Of a stretch of DNA of 64,000 nucleotides, positions 55,819-64,000 are shown piece after piece. The notes beneath the pieces are model-generated. The model had not been told where the DNA came from. It ran no database searches and was given only the letters and a program-made list of their open reading frames with translations. The first letter of the stretch is position 1. Each line of letters starts with the position of its first letter. Origin of the DNA: an uncultured Bacteroidales bacterium (GTDB lineage: Bacteria; Bacteroidota; Bacteroidia; Bacteroidales; GCA-2748055); NCBI GenBank assembly GCA_963764345.1, contig CAVXSF010000018.1:36670-100669 (forward strand), written 5' to 3'. Position numbers and translations under genes: made by a program.

Positions 55819-58101
55819 ATGCTGGTTGCTTTGCTGATGTTTACTTACTCCTGCCGGACAACCAAATATGTTCCGGAAAACAAATACCTTTTAAAGAAAT
55901 TTGAGCTGAAGGGTGAGGGCAGGAAGATCAACAAGGAAGAATTATCTTCGTATGTAAAGCAAAAGCCGAACAAGAAAGTCCTTGGATTGAAATTCCATCT
56001 CGCCGTATACAGTTTGTCTAAAAAAGGCAAGGATAAAGGGCTAAACCGGGTATTCCGTACGATCGGTGAGCCACCAGTCATTTATGATGAATTCCTGACC
56101 CAGAAGACCGTAGGTCAACTCGGACTTTACCTGCGAGGCAAGGGGTATTATAATGCCGTAGTTAGTGACAGCGTGAAACTGGACAAGAAAAAGGCGACCG
56201 TATATTATTATATACAAAAAAACGAGCCTTATGTCCTCCGGAATATCCGTTACACTTTTGAGGATACCACACTCAGGAGTCTTGTTCTCAGTGACACTGC
56301 AGCTTCAACCCTCCATCGGGGCGAACCTTTTGACGTCGATATTCTGTCTTCGGAAAGGGAGAGAATCGAAAATTTTCTGAAGAACCGGGGTTATTATTAC
56401 TTTTCAAAAGAATTCATATACTATGAAGCAGACACGTCAGTGTCCGACCATAAAGTTGACCTCACGCTGATATTGAAGAAATACCGCATTTATAGTGAAA
56501 AAGGTACTTATGTTGAGATACCGCACCCTAAGTTTTATATCCGGAATGTTTATATCAATACGAATTATATGCCGAGAGAAGCAATGGCCAACAATGAGGA
56601 CTACCTTTCTGCTCTGGACACACTTGCGCTTGACAGCATATATATTATATACCTCAGGAAACAGAATGTTCACCCCAACGTGGTGATCGCGCCGAATTAT
56701 ATCCTGCCCGGAGCACTCTTTAGCCAGACCAATTCGCAGAGGTCGTATCGTAACCTTTCCTCTCTGAAGATATTCCGGATTGTAACCATTGATTTCAGCC
56801 AGGTTGGCAACATCAATCCGGATAATACCGGTGAACTCGACTGTAACATCATGCTTGCGCCGCAAACTTTACAGTCCTATACGGTCGAACTGGAAGGAAC
56901 CAACTCATCCGGAAATATAGGTGCCGCCGGTAATCTGATCTACCAGCACCGGAACATCTTCCGGGGAGCAGAAAATTTTGACCTCCGTCTGAAAGGTGCC
57001 CTTGAAACACTTAAGCAAAACTACTCTTCCAATCTTGGCAATATGATCGAACTTGGCGCTGAAGTCAGGTATAGCATCCCTAAGTTCCTCCTTCCTTTCA
57101 AAACAGATCAGTTTATCAAAAAGTATAATCCCAGGACATCCTTCTCCATGGCTTACAACTATCAACGCAGACCGGAATATACACGGACTCTGGCGAATGT
57201 GTCATTTGGATATAACTGGAGGGGAAACCGGTACCTGACACACATCATCAATCCCATCGAACTGAACCTTGTAAAAATCCCCTATAAATCGCCAGAATTT
57301 ATCGACTGGCTCGAAGGAAAATATATCTACTATTCTTATCAGCCCCACCTCGTTACCGTTACCAGTTACAGCCTGATCTTCAACAATCAGAATATTCAAA
57401 AAACAAGGGATTTTATGTATTTCAGGCTGAATGTTGAACAGGCCGGGAATCTTCTTTACTTCTTATACAAAAAAGCCGGTATTCAGGCCGATAATCCTGG
57501 CAGCTATACCCTCTTTAACAATGCGTTTTCGCAGTATGTCAGGGGGGATATTGATTTCAGGTACTATAATATTTTCGATGAGAATACCAGCCTGGTCTAT
57601 CGATTCTTTGCGGGAGCAGGATTGCCTTACGATAATTCAACGGCTCTGCCCTTTGAAAAGAAATATTTTGCCGGCGGCGCTAACGGCATCAGGGCATGGC
57701 AGGTGAGAAACCTGGGGCCTGGATCCTATAATGAAGTTCAGCAGACCCCTTATCCCAATCAGACAGCTGACATCAAGCTGGAGGGGAATGTGGAATACCG
57801 CTTTAAATTATTCTGGCTGGTTGACGGTGCCCTTTTTGTCGATGCAGGGAACATTTGGGCAATAACAAAAAATGATGAAAGACCGGGTGCCTTATTCGTG
57901 TGGAATAAGTTTTACAAAGATATAGCAGTGGGTACTGGTTTCGGAACAAGATTCGATTTTTCATACTTCATTTTCCGCCTCGACCTGGGGATGAAACTCA
58001 GAGACCCGGCTCTTCCTGACGGTAGACGCTGGATTATCGGCAACCAGAAACTGGACAGACACGATTTCATGCTGAATATCGGTATAGGATACCCGTTCTG
58101 A
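55819..58101 (+). CDS. BamA/TamA family outer-membrane protein
   Basis: POTRA-like N-terminal region and a C-terminal surface-antigen (D15) barrel (FAGGANGIRAW, ending GIGYPF). The ATG at 55819 gives the lipoprotein-like signal MLVALLMFTYSC; the ORF track starts at a TTG at 55765. Confidence 0.8.
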   Translation: MLVALLMFTYSCRTTKYVPENKYLLKKFELKGEGRKINKEELSSYVKQKPNKKVLGLKFHLAVYSLSKKGKDKGLNRVFRTIGEPPVIYDEFLTQKTVGQLGLYLRGKGYYNAVVSDSVKLDKKKATVYYYIQKNEPYVLRNIRYTFEDTTLRSLVLSDTAASTLHRGEPFDVDILSSERERIENFLKNRGYYYFSKEFIYYEADTSVSDHKVDLTLILKKYRIYSEKGTYVEIPHPKFYIRNVYINTNYMPREAMANNEDYLSALDTLALDSIYIIYLRKQNVHPNVVIAPNYILPGALFSQTNSQRSYRNLSSLKIFRIVTIDFSQVGNINPDNTGELDCNIMLAPQTLQSYTVELEGTNSSGNIGAAGNLIYQHRNIFRGAENFDLRLKGALETLKQNYSSNLGNMIELGAEVRYSIPKFLLPFKTDQFIKKYNPRTSFSMAYNYQRRPEYTRTLANVSFGYNWRGNRYLTHIINPIELNLVKIPYKSPEFIDWLEGKYIYYSYQPHLVTVTSYSLIFNNQNIQKTRDFMYFRLNVEQAGNLLYFLYKKAGIQADNPGSYTLFNNAFSQYVRGDIDFRYYNIFDENTSLVYRFFAGAGLPYDNSTALPFEKKYFAGGANGIRAWQVRNLGPGSYNEVQQTPYPNQTADIKLEGNVEYRFKLFWLVDGALFVDAGNIWAITKNDERPGALFVWNKFYKDIAVGTGFGTRFDFSYFIFRLDLGMKLRDPALPDGRRWIIGNQKLDRHDFMLNIGIGYPF

Positions 58102-58275
58102 TGCCTTGATCTCCACAACCCGGATTCCAAAGTATGGAAATCATCTTCTCCTGCTTTCCCTCCTCAGGCACTTCCCCGTTCCTGAATTTATTTCGAATAC
58201 AGCTACAGTTCCGCTTTTTATTTATAAATTTGCGCGAAAATTGACGTTTTAGTAATAACTATTAAATATTTTATC

Positions 58276-59355
58276 ATGTCTCAAAAAATACTTGATCATG
58301 TTAAGCCGGGTGTTATAACCGGTGATGATGTCAGGAAAGTTTTTAAAATTGCCAAAGAGAATCAGTTTGCAATTCCTGCGGTCAATGTTGTAAGCACCAA
58401 TTCTGTCAATGCAGTTATGGAAGCCGCCCACGAAGTAAGTTCACCGGTCATCATTCAGTTTTCCAACGGTGGAGCCATTTTCTACGCAGGAAAAAGTCTT
58501 TCCAACGACAACCAGCAGGCAGCTATTGCCGGTGGCATTTCAGGTGCAAAACATATTCACATGATGTCGGAGCTTTATGGTGTTCCGGTAATTCTGCATA
58601 CCGATCATGCTGCAAAGAAACTGCTTCCCTGGATCGACGGCCTTTTGGACTATGGTGAAAAACATTTCGAAAAATACGGTAAGCCTTTGTTCAGCTCACA
58701 TATGCTGGATCTTTCAGAAGAACCGCTGAAGGAAAATATCGAGATTTGTAAAAAATATCTTCAGAGGATGAGCAAAATGGGAATGACCCTCGAAATCGAA
58801 CTCGGAGTAACCGGAGGAGAAGAAGACGGTGTGGATAATGCCGGCCTTGACAATTCACTTCTTTATACCCAGCCTGAAGATGTTGCTTATGCTTATGAGG
58901 AGCTGAATAAAATTTCTCCCAATTTTACCATTGCCGCTTCGTTCGGGAATGTCCACGGTGTTTATAAACCGGGAAATGTGAAACTGACACCTAAAATCCT
59001 GGACAACTCACAAAAATACATTGAAGAAAAACTGGGTACACAGCCAAAACCGGTTAATTTCGTATTTCATGGAGGTTCCGGCTCAAGTAAGGCTGAAATC
59101 CGGGAAGCAATTGGCTATGGTGTGATCAAGATGAATATTGATACCGATACGCAGTGGGCTTTCTGGGATGGTATAAGAACTTTTGAACAGAAAAATCACG
59201 ACTATCTCCAGTCGCAGATCGGTAACCCCGAAGGAGAGGATAAACCGAACAAGAAAAAATATGATCCCAGGGTCTGGTTACGGGAAGGTGAAAAATCATT
59301 GGTTAACCGGCTGAGAGTCGCTTTCGACGACTTGAATTGTCTTAACCGCCTCTGA
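58276..59355 (+). CDS. fbaA: Class II fructose-bisphosphate aldolase
   Basis: FAIPAVNV, HTDHA, LEIELG, FVFHGGSGS. 359 aa. Confidence 0.95.
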   Translation: MSQKILDHVKPGVITGDDVRKVFKIAKENQFAIPAVNVVSTNSVNAVMEAAHEVSSPVIIQFSNGGAIFYAGKSLSNDNQQAAIAGGISGAKHIHMMSELYGVPVILHTDHAAKKLLPWIDGLLDYGEKHFEKYGKPLFSSHMLDLSEEPLKENIEICKKYLQRMSKMGMTLEIELGVTGGEEDGVDNAGLDNSLLYTQPEDVAYAYEELNKISPNFTIAASFGNVHGVYKPGNVKLTPKILDNSQKYIEEKLGTQPKPVNFVFHGGSGSSKAEIREAIGYGVIKMNIDTDTQWAFWDGIRTFEQKNHDYLQSQIGNPEGEDKPNKKKYDPRVWLREGEKSLVNRLRVAFDDLNCLNRL

Positions 59356-59533
59356 TAAGTTACTCTTCAGGAGTAAAAAAGAAAGGGGAGCTGTCTCTGT
59401 AGTGCTTCTTTTACCGTAAAACGGCAACAGGATCAGGCACGTCAGTGACAGCTCCCTTCCGTTTACCACGTCAGAATTTTTTTTATCCCAACTCTTTAGT
59501 ATTATTGTTTTTTAAATTCAAAACGTTCACTGT

Positions 59534-60953
59534 ATGGCTACCTCCTTACCCTCCCGTGACAGTTTTACAAGTAAATTCGGTGCTATCGCCGCTGCAGCAG
59601 GTTCGGCTATCGGTCTGGGCAATATCTGGCGGTTTCCTTATGTCACAGGAGAAAATGGAGGGGCTGCCTTTCTTTTCGTCTACCTTCTTTGTGTCATCCT
59701 TATCGGTGTTCCGGTGATGATGTCCGAATTCATTATCGGCCGCTCAGCCCAACGGAACCCTTATGGCGCTTTCCGGCTTCTTGCGCCTGGCAAACCCTGG
59801 TATATCATCGGCCTGATGGGTGTTGTCGCTGCCTTTATGATCCTGGCATTTTATACTGTGGTTGCCGGCTGGACCCTCGAATATATCTACCAGTCGCTGA
59901 CGGGCAACCTGGTTGGAAAAAGTACCACACAGCTTAAGGAGATGTTCAGCCATTTCAGGCACGACACGATCCGGCCTGTTCTCTGGTTCGTCATTTTTAT
60001 GGCCTTTACCGGATGGATCGTCATCGCCGGTATTAAGAATGGGATTGAAAAATATACCAAAATCCTGATGCCCATGCTCTTTATAATGCTCATAGGTATG
60101 GTCATCTATGTGCTCACTTTTGAGGATTCTTCCAAAGGATTGCATTTTCTCTTTAATCCCGATTTTTCCAAGATCACACCGGAAGTTATCCTGGAAGCCC
60201 TCGGTCAGGCCTTTTTCTCTTTGTCAATAGGCATGGGGACGCTCATAACCTATGGTTCGTATATCACGGAAGAATGATAATCTCGGTAGTACCGCAATCT
60301 CAGTGGCCGCTGCCGACACTTTTGTGGCTATCCTGGCAGGAATGGCTATTTTCCCCGCTATTTTCGCCTTTGCTGATGTGGAACATCTCCAGGTCAGCCA
60401 GTTTACAGATGAAGGACTGGTATTCATAACCCTGCCGAATATTCTGATTAACATGCCGGGTGGCGGAATTTTTTCAACTTTCTTCTTTATCCTGCTGGCT
60501 GTAGCTGCCCTGACTTCCACAATTTCCGTGCTCGAAGTCATCGTAGCCTATTTTACGGAGGAACTTGGGTTGACCAGACGCAGGGCAACAGTGATTGCAA
60601 CATCTTCCGTCTCAGGTCTTGGAATTCTGAGTGTCTATTTCGCAGGTATGTTTGGCTTCCTGAATTTTACAACAGCCAACATTCTTCTTCCCGTTGGTGG
60701 GTTATTCATCGTCCTTTTTATCGGATGGTATTACGGGAGAAGAAAAACTATGGAAGAGCTGTCCAATAATGGCAGGCTGAAAAGCAAGTATGTCCCTGCC
60801 TTTATGTTTTTAGTGAAGTTTGTTGCCCCAATTGCCATCACCATTGTTTTTGCGTATGGAATTATGAATGTGTTCAAGACAAAACAAGCAGAAAAAACAG
60901 TTCCGCCTGTTGAGAACGTTCAGCCTGGCCTGAAGCAGGGTCCCGGGAACTAA
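59534..60953 (+). pseudogene. Sodium-dependent transporter, SNF (neurotransmitter:sodium symporter) family, single frameshift
   Basis: GSAIGLGNIWRFPY at the N-terminus. The frame changes near 60262..60270 (..TYGSYI / KNDNLGSTAISVAAADT..). Confidence 0.85.
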
Positions 60954-61088
60954 GGCCTGTGTTTTGTAAATACCAGAATTGCAGACCGTTAATCGTCTAC
61001 TTGTCCTGCTTGCTTAAGAAATATCATTTTTTGTTCAAACATTATGGTGACTGCAATAATATTGCAGTCAGTGGTGTTAAATTTGAGC

Positions 61089-62000
61089 ATGAAAAGGTTT
61101 CTGAAGGAATATTTCACGTTCAGCCGATCAGAATCCCTTGTAATGCTGGTTCTGTCATGTCTGATTTTTATGTCTCTTCTTCTCAGGTATTATGGAATCC
61201 CTGTCAGGGAATCAGACATACGCATTTCACAAACCACTGAAAAGGAAGTCCTGGCCTTTATAGCAGATCTTGACACTTTAGGATCCGGGAAAAAAAAGTC
61301 CCGGACCATTCATACGGGAGAGACCCGTAGCAGTAAAATCCCCATTCCAATCAGTTTTGACCCCAATGAGGCCGGGGATGCTGAACTTTCTTCGATCGGC
61401 CTGCGGAAATATGTAATCAGTAACATTCTGAAATACCGAAAAGCCGGTGGGCGATTTAAAAAGCCGGAGGATCTCTCGAGAATTTACGGAATGACCCCGG
61501 AAGAATTTAATCGTCTGAAACCTTACATAAACATCCGCAGTGCAGATCCTGTCGATAAAACCCGACACACGGAGGCTCCGGCAGCAGAGTCAGAAGAAGA
61601 AAACTTTTATGTTGAGATCAATTCCGCCGGACCGGAAGAGTTCGTCAGGATCAGGGGAATAGGGGAGGTGCTTGCTTCGAGGATCATCAGGTACAGGGAC
61701 CTGCTCGGAGGATTTGCCAGGATGGAACAACTCGGGGAAGTCTACGGCCTGAACGATTCCATCTTACTGGCAAACAGGGATCATTTCAGGCTGGATACCT
61801 CGTTAATCCGCAAAATTTCCCTGAATAACGCCGGATTTACTGTCCTTCTGAAACATCCTTACCTGGATAAGAATATGGTAAAATCGATAGTAAAGTTCAG
61901 GGAATTTTCAAAGGTCCCGGTTACACCTGCCGACCTTCTGAAATCAGAGGTCGTTTCCGACAGTGCCTTTCAAAAAATTTTACCTTATCTTGATAAATAA
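61089..62000 (+). CDS. ComEA-like helix-hairpin-helix DNA-binding protein
   Basis: N-terminal TM helix and repeated HhH units (INSAGPEEFVRIRGIGEVLASRII). The start is taken at MKRFLKEY. Confidence 0.75.
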   Translation: MKRFLKEYFTFSRSESLVMLVLSCLIFMSLLLRYYGIPVRESDIRISQTTEKEVLAFIADLDTLGSGKKKSRTIHTGETRSSKIPIPISFDPNEAGDAELSSIGLRKYVISNILKYRKAGGRFKKPEDLSRIYGMTPEEFNRLKPYINIRSADPVDKTRHTEAPAAESEEENFYVEINSAGPEEFVRIRGIGEVLASRIIRYRDLLGGFARMEQLGEVYGLNDSILLANRDHFRLDTSLIRKISLNNAGFTVLLKHPYLDKNMVKSIVKFREFSKVPVTPADLLKSEVVSDSAFQKILPYLDK

Positions 62001-62213
62001 TGACTTTTTTATTAAAAATATGGTTATTGAGATATGAAATAGCTAACTTGTGCCTAATGTAAATTCTTGTTCTGTAATTTGTAAACAACTAATAATCAAG
62101 CATTAATTGAAAATTATTTATTCTTCCTGCATGCAATTTTTTTTTTGATCAAATTATTGATTAAGTATGAACGAATTTATAAATTTGCGGCTCACAAAAT
62201 TAAGAGTAAGATT

Positions 62214-62405
62214 ATGATAGTTATTCCGATTAAAGAAGGTGAGAATATCGAAAGAGCCTTAAAGAAATTCAAAAGAAAATTTGAAAAGACGGGTGTTGTC
62301 AAAGAATTAAGAAACCGTCAGGCGTATACAAAACCTTCTGTTACAAAAAGGCAGGAGAAACTGCACGCCGTCTATATCCAGAAGATGCAGCTGGAAGAAG
62401 AATAA
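62214..62405 (+). CDS. rpsU: 30S ribosomal protein S21
   Basis: MIVIPIKEGENIERALKKFKRKFEKTGV...; a TAAATTTG box lies at 62180..62187. Confidence 0.92.
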   Translation: MIVIPIKEGENIERALKKFKRKFEKTGVVKELRNRQAYTKPSVTKRQEKLHAVYIQKMQLEEE

Positions 62406-62464
62406 AACAGTAATGCTTATACAGGGCGAGCAGGATTTTAACGATAATCGAATTTTTCCTGCGT

Positions 62465-63349
62465 ATGTTGTATAAGGAAGCTTTTTTATCCTATTTGCGC
62501 AACGAGAAGCGCTATTCTGATCATACTATAAGGGCATACGAAAATGATTTAAATCAGTTCCGGGTCTTCAGTGAAACTGCAGGCTCAACAGATCCGGAAT
62601 TTGATTCTGTACTTGTGCGTCTCTGGGTAGTATCATTGCTTGAAAATCATGTTTCTCCCAGAACCATCCATCGTAAGTTGTCCAGTCTTCGTTCTTATGC
62701 CAGGTTTCTCCTCCGTGAAGGACACCTTAAAACAAATCCCCTGGATAAGGTGTTAAAGCCAAAAATGAACAAGCGTATACCTCTCTTCGTCGATGAAGAA
62801 CATCTTAACCATTTTCTTGATACGTATGAATTCAGCACCGATTTCAAGGGTGTAAGGGATCGTCTGATTATAGAATTACTTTATCAGACGGGGATCCGTC
62901 GCAGTGAGCTTATAGGGCTTACTGTTCACTCAGTGGATCCGGGCTCTAATCGGTTGAAAGTCAGGGGAAAAAGAGACAAAGAGAGAATCGTTCCATATGG
63001 CAACGATTTAGCGAAACTTATGAACGAGTATACCCAAAAGAGAAACGATGTCTTCCCCTTATGCAATGAGGAAGCTTTGCTGCTGACCACATCAGGATCA
63101 CCACTATATCCAAGACTTGTCTACCGGGTAGTAAACCGTTTTCTCAGACTTGTCACCACACTTGAACAGAAAAGTCCGCATGTCCTCAGGCACACCTTTG
63201 CCACTCATCTCTTAAACCGTGGTGCCGACCTGAATGCGATCAAGGAATTGTTAGGCCACGCAAACCTGGCAGCCACCCAGGTATATACCCATAATAGTTT
63301 TGAAAAGCTAAAAGAAGTTTATAACAAGGCCCATCCAAGGGCCGATTAA
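62465..63349 (+). CDS. Tyrosine recombinase, XerC/XerD family
   Basis: N-terminal SAM-like domain (LRNEKRYSDHTIRAYENDL). Catalytic RRSEL, HVLRHTFATHLL and LGHANLAATQVYTH (R-H-R-Y). Confidence 0.85.
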   Translation: MLYKEAFLSYLRNEKRYSDHTIRAYENDLNQFRVFSETAGSTDPEFDSVLVRLWVVSLLENHVSPRTIHRKLSSLRSYARFLLREGHLKTNPLDKVLKPKMNKRIPLFVDEEHLNHFLDTYEFSTDFKGVRDRLIIELLYQTGIRRSELIGLTVHSVDPGSNRLKVRGKRDKERIVPYGNDLAKLMNEYTQKRNDVFPLCNEEALLLTTSGSPLYPRLVYRVVNRFLRLVTTLEQKSPHVLRHTFATHLLNRGADLNAIKELLGHANLAATQVYTHNSFEKLKEVYNKAHPRAD

Positions 63350-63363
63350 GAAAGGAGAATGCT

Positions 63364-63663
63364 ATGAATATAAAAATTCATTCAATTCATTTTGATGCAG
63401 ATCAGAAACTGCAGGATTTTATCCAATCCAGGCTCAGGAAATTATTATTGTTTTATGATGAAATCATCAAGGCAGAAGTTTTTCTCCGATTGGAAAATGT
63501 GGACGACAATGAAAATAAGATTTCTGAAATCAGGCTGGAGATTCCCGGAAACCCTATTTTTGCTAAGAAACAGAGTAATTCGTTCGAGGAATCTACCGAT
63601 AATGCCATAGAAGCCCTCCGACGACAACTTCAAAAACATAAAGGCAAAGTGAGACGCGTCTGA
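63364..63663 (+). CDS. hpf: Ribosome hibernation factor, HPF/RaiA family (short form)
   Basis: 99 aa: NIKIHSIHFDADQKLQDFI...AIEALRRQLQKHKGK. Confidence 0.85.
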   Translation: MNIKIHSIHFDADQKLQDFIQSRLRKLLLFYDEIIKAEVFLRLENVDDNENKISEIRLEIPGNPIFAKKQSNSFEESTDNAIEALRRQLQKHKGKVRRV

Positions 63664-63688
63664 CACAGGGAAAAATTTGAAAAATAAT

Positions 63689-63720
63689 TTTGTGTTCTAA
63701 TTAAAATATTCATACATTTG
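63689..63720 (+). promoter_or_regulatory. Candidate promoter of tRNA-Thr
   Basis: TTTG, a 20-nt spacer, then TACATTTG, 43 nt upstream of the tRNA. Confidence 0.55.
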
Positions 63721-63763
63721 CAAACCGTTTTTGGAGGGTAAATCCACCGTTTGTTGTCAAAAA

Positions 63764-63837
63764 GCCGATGTAGCTCAGTTGGTCAGAGCAGCTGATTTGT
63801 AATCAGCAGGTCGTGGGTTCGAATCCCTCCATCGGCT
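63764..63837 (+). tRNA. tRNA-Thr (anticodon UGU)
   Basis: 74-nt cloverleaf: acceptor GCCGATG/CATCGGC, D arm GCTC..GAGC, anticodon stem GCTGA/TCAGC with loop TTTGTAA, and T loop TTCGAAT. There is one U-U mismatch in the T stem and no encoded CCA. Confidence 0.9.
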
Positions 63838-64000
63838 CCTGTAAAAAGAATAATCGTTCTTACACTTTTTGAATAGGAAGAGGGGGTTGTTTTGCTCTAA
63901 ATTTCAACTTTATTACAGGGAAAAACATCTCGGGGGAATTATGTTGCTTATGTCCCGGATATTCCGCCACCCTGTTCATATTCAGACAGGAGGACAGAAG

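Noticed and set aside
62465-63837. Integrase plus tRNA-Thr as the boundary of an integrated mobile element
   Set aside because: The recombinase lies upstream of the tRNA, within an rpsU-hpf context that I recall as conserved. No att-like repeat of the tRNA 3' end is visible in the remaining 160 bp, and no cargo genes are seen.

Overview
This window looks like a chromosomal, mostly housekeeping segment of a Bacteroidota-type genome. Supporting signs are -33 TTTG / -7 TAnnTTTG promoter boxes, no Shine-Dalgarno sites, a 287-aa sigma-70, a Rho with a long disordered insert, and PorT/BamA-type outer-membrane genes. I recognise about 55 protein genes by eye from motifs; no search was possible. They include rpe, rpoD, rho, PFOR (nifJ), ruvX, def, comEC, trkA/trkH, an ilvD-ilvB-ilvN-ilvC operon, GT2/GT4 glycosyltransferases, miaA, aconitase, gap, fbaA, ubiE, comEA, rpsU and hpf. 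There is also an SRP RNA and a tRNA-Thr(UGU). I see no CRISPR array, transposase, prophage, or recognisable defence or toxin system. The most interesting signals are: (1) a 22-codon leader ORF with 11 consecutive Ile/Leu/Val codons plus alternative hairpins and a terminator upstream of ilvD, which looks like a classical attenuator; (2) about 15 reading-frame breaks in 10 conserved genes, several at homopolymers, so either sequence error or real decay; (3) a 5'-truncated ilvA remnant behind the ilvC terminator; (4) a secreted M14 peptidase paired with a catalytically dead paralog; (5) a 34-bp x 3.6 spacer-less tandem repeat; (6) a duplicated G-rich ~66-nt element in an 800-bp ORF-free region; (7) a perfect TGTGA-N6-TCACA palindrome on the nifJ promoter. 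None of these amounts to a clearly novel multi-gene system, and I rate the window as largely ordinary.
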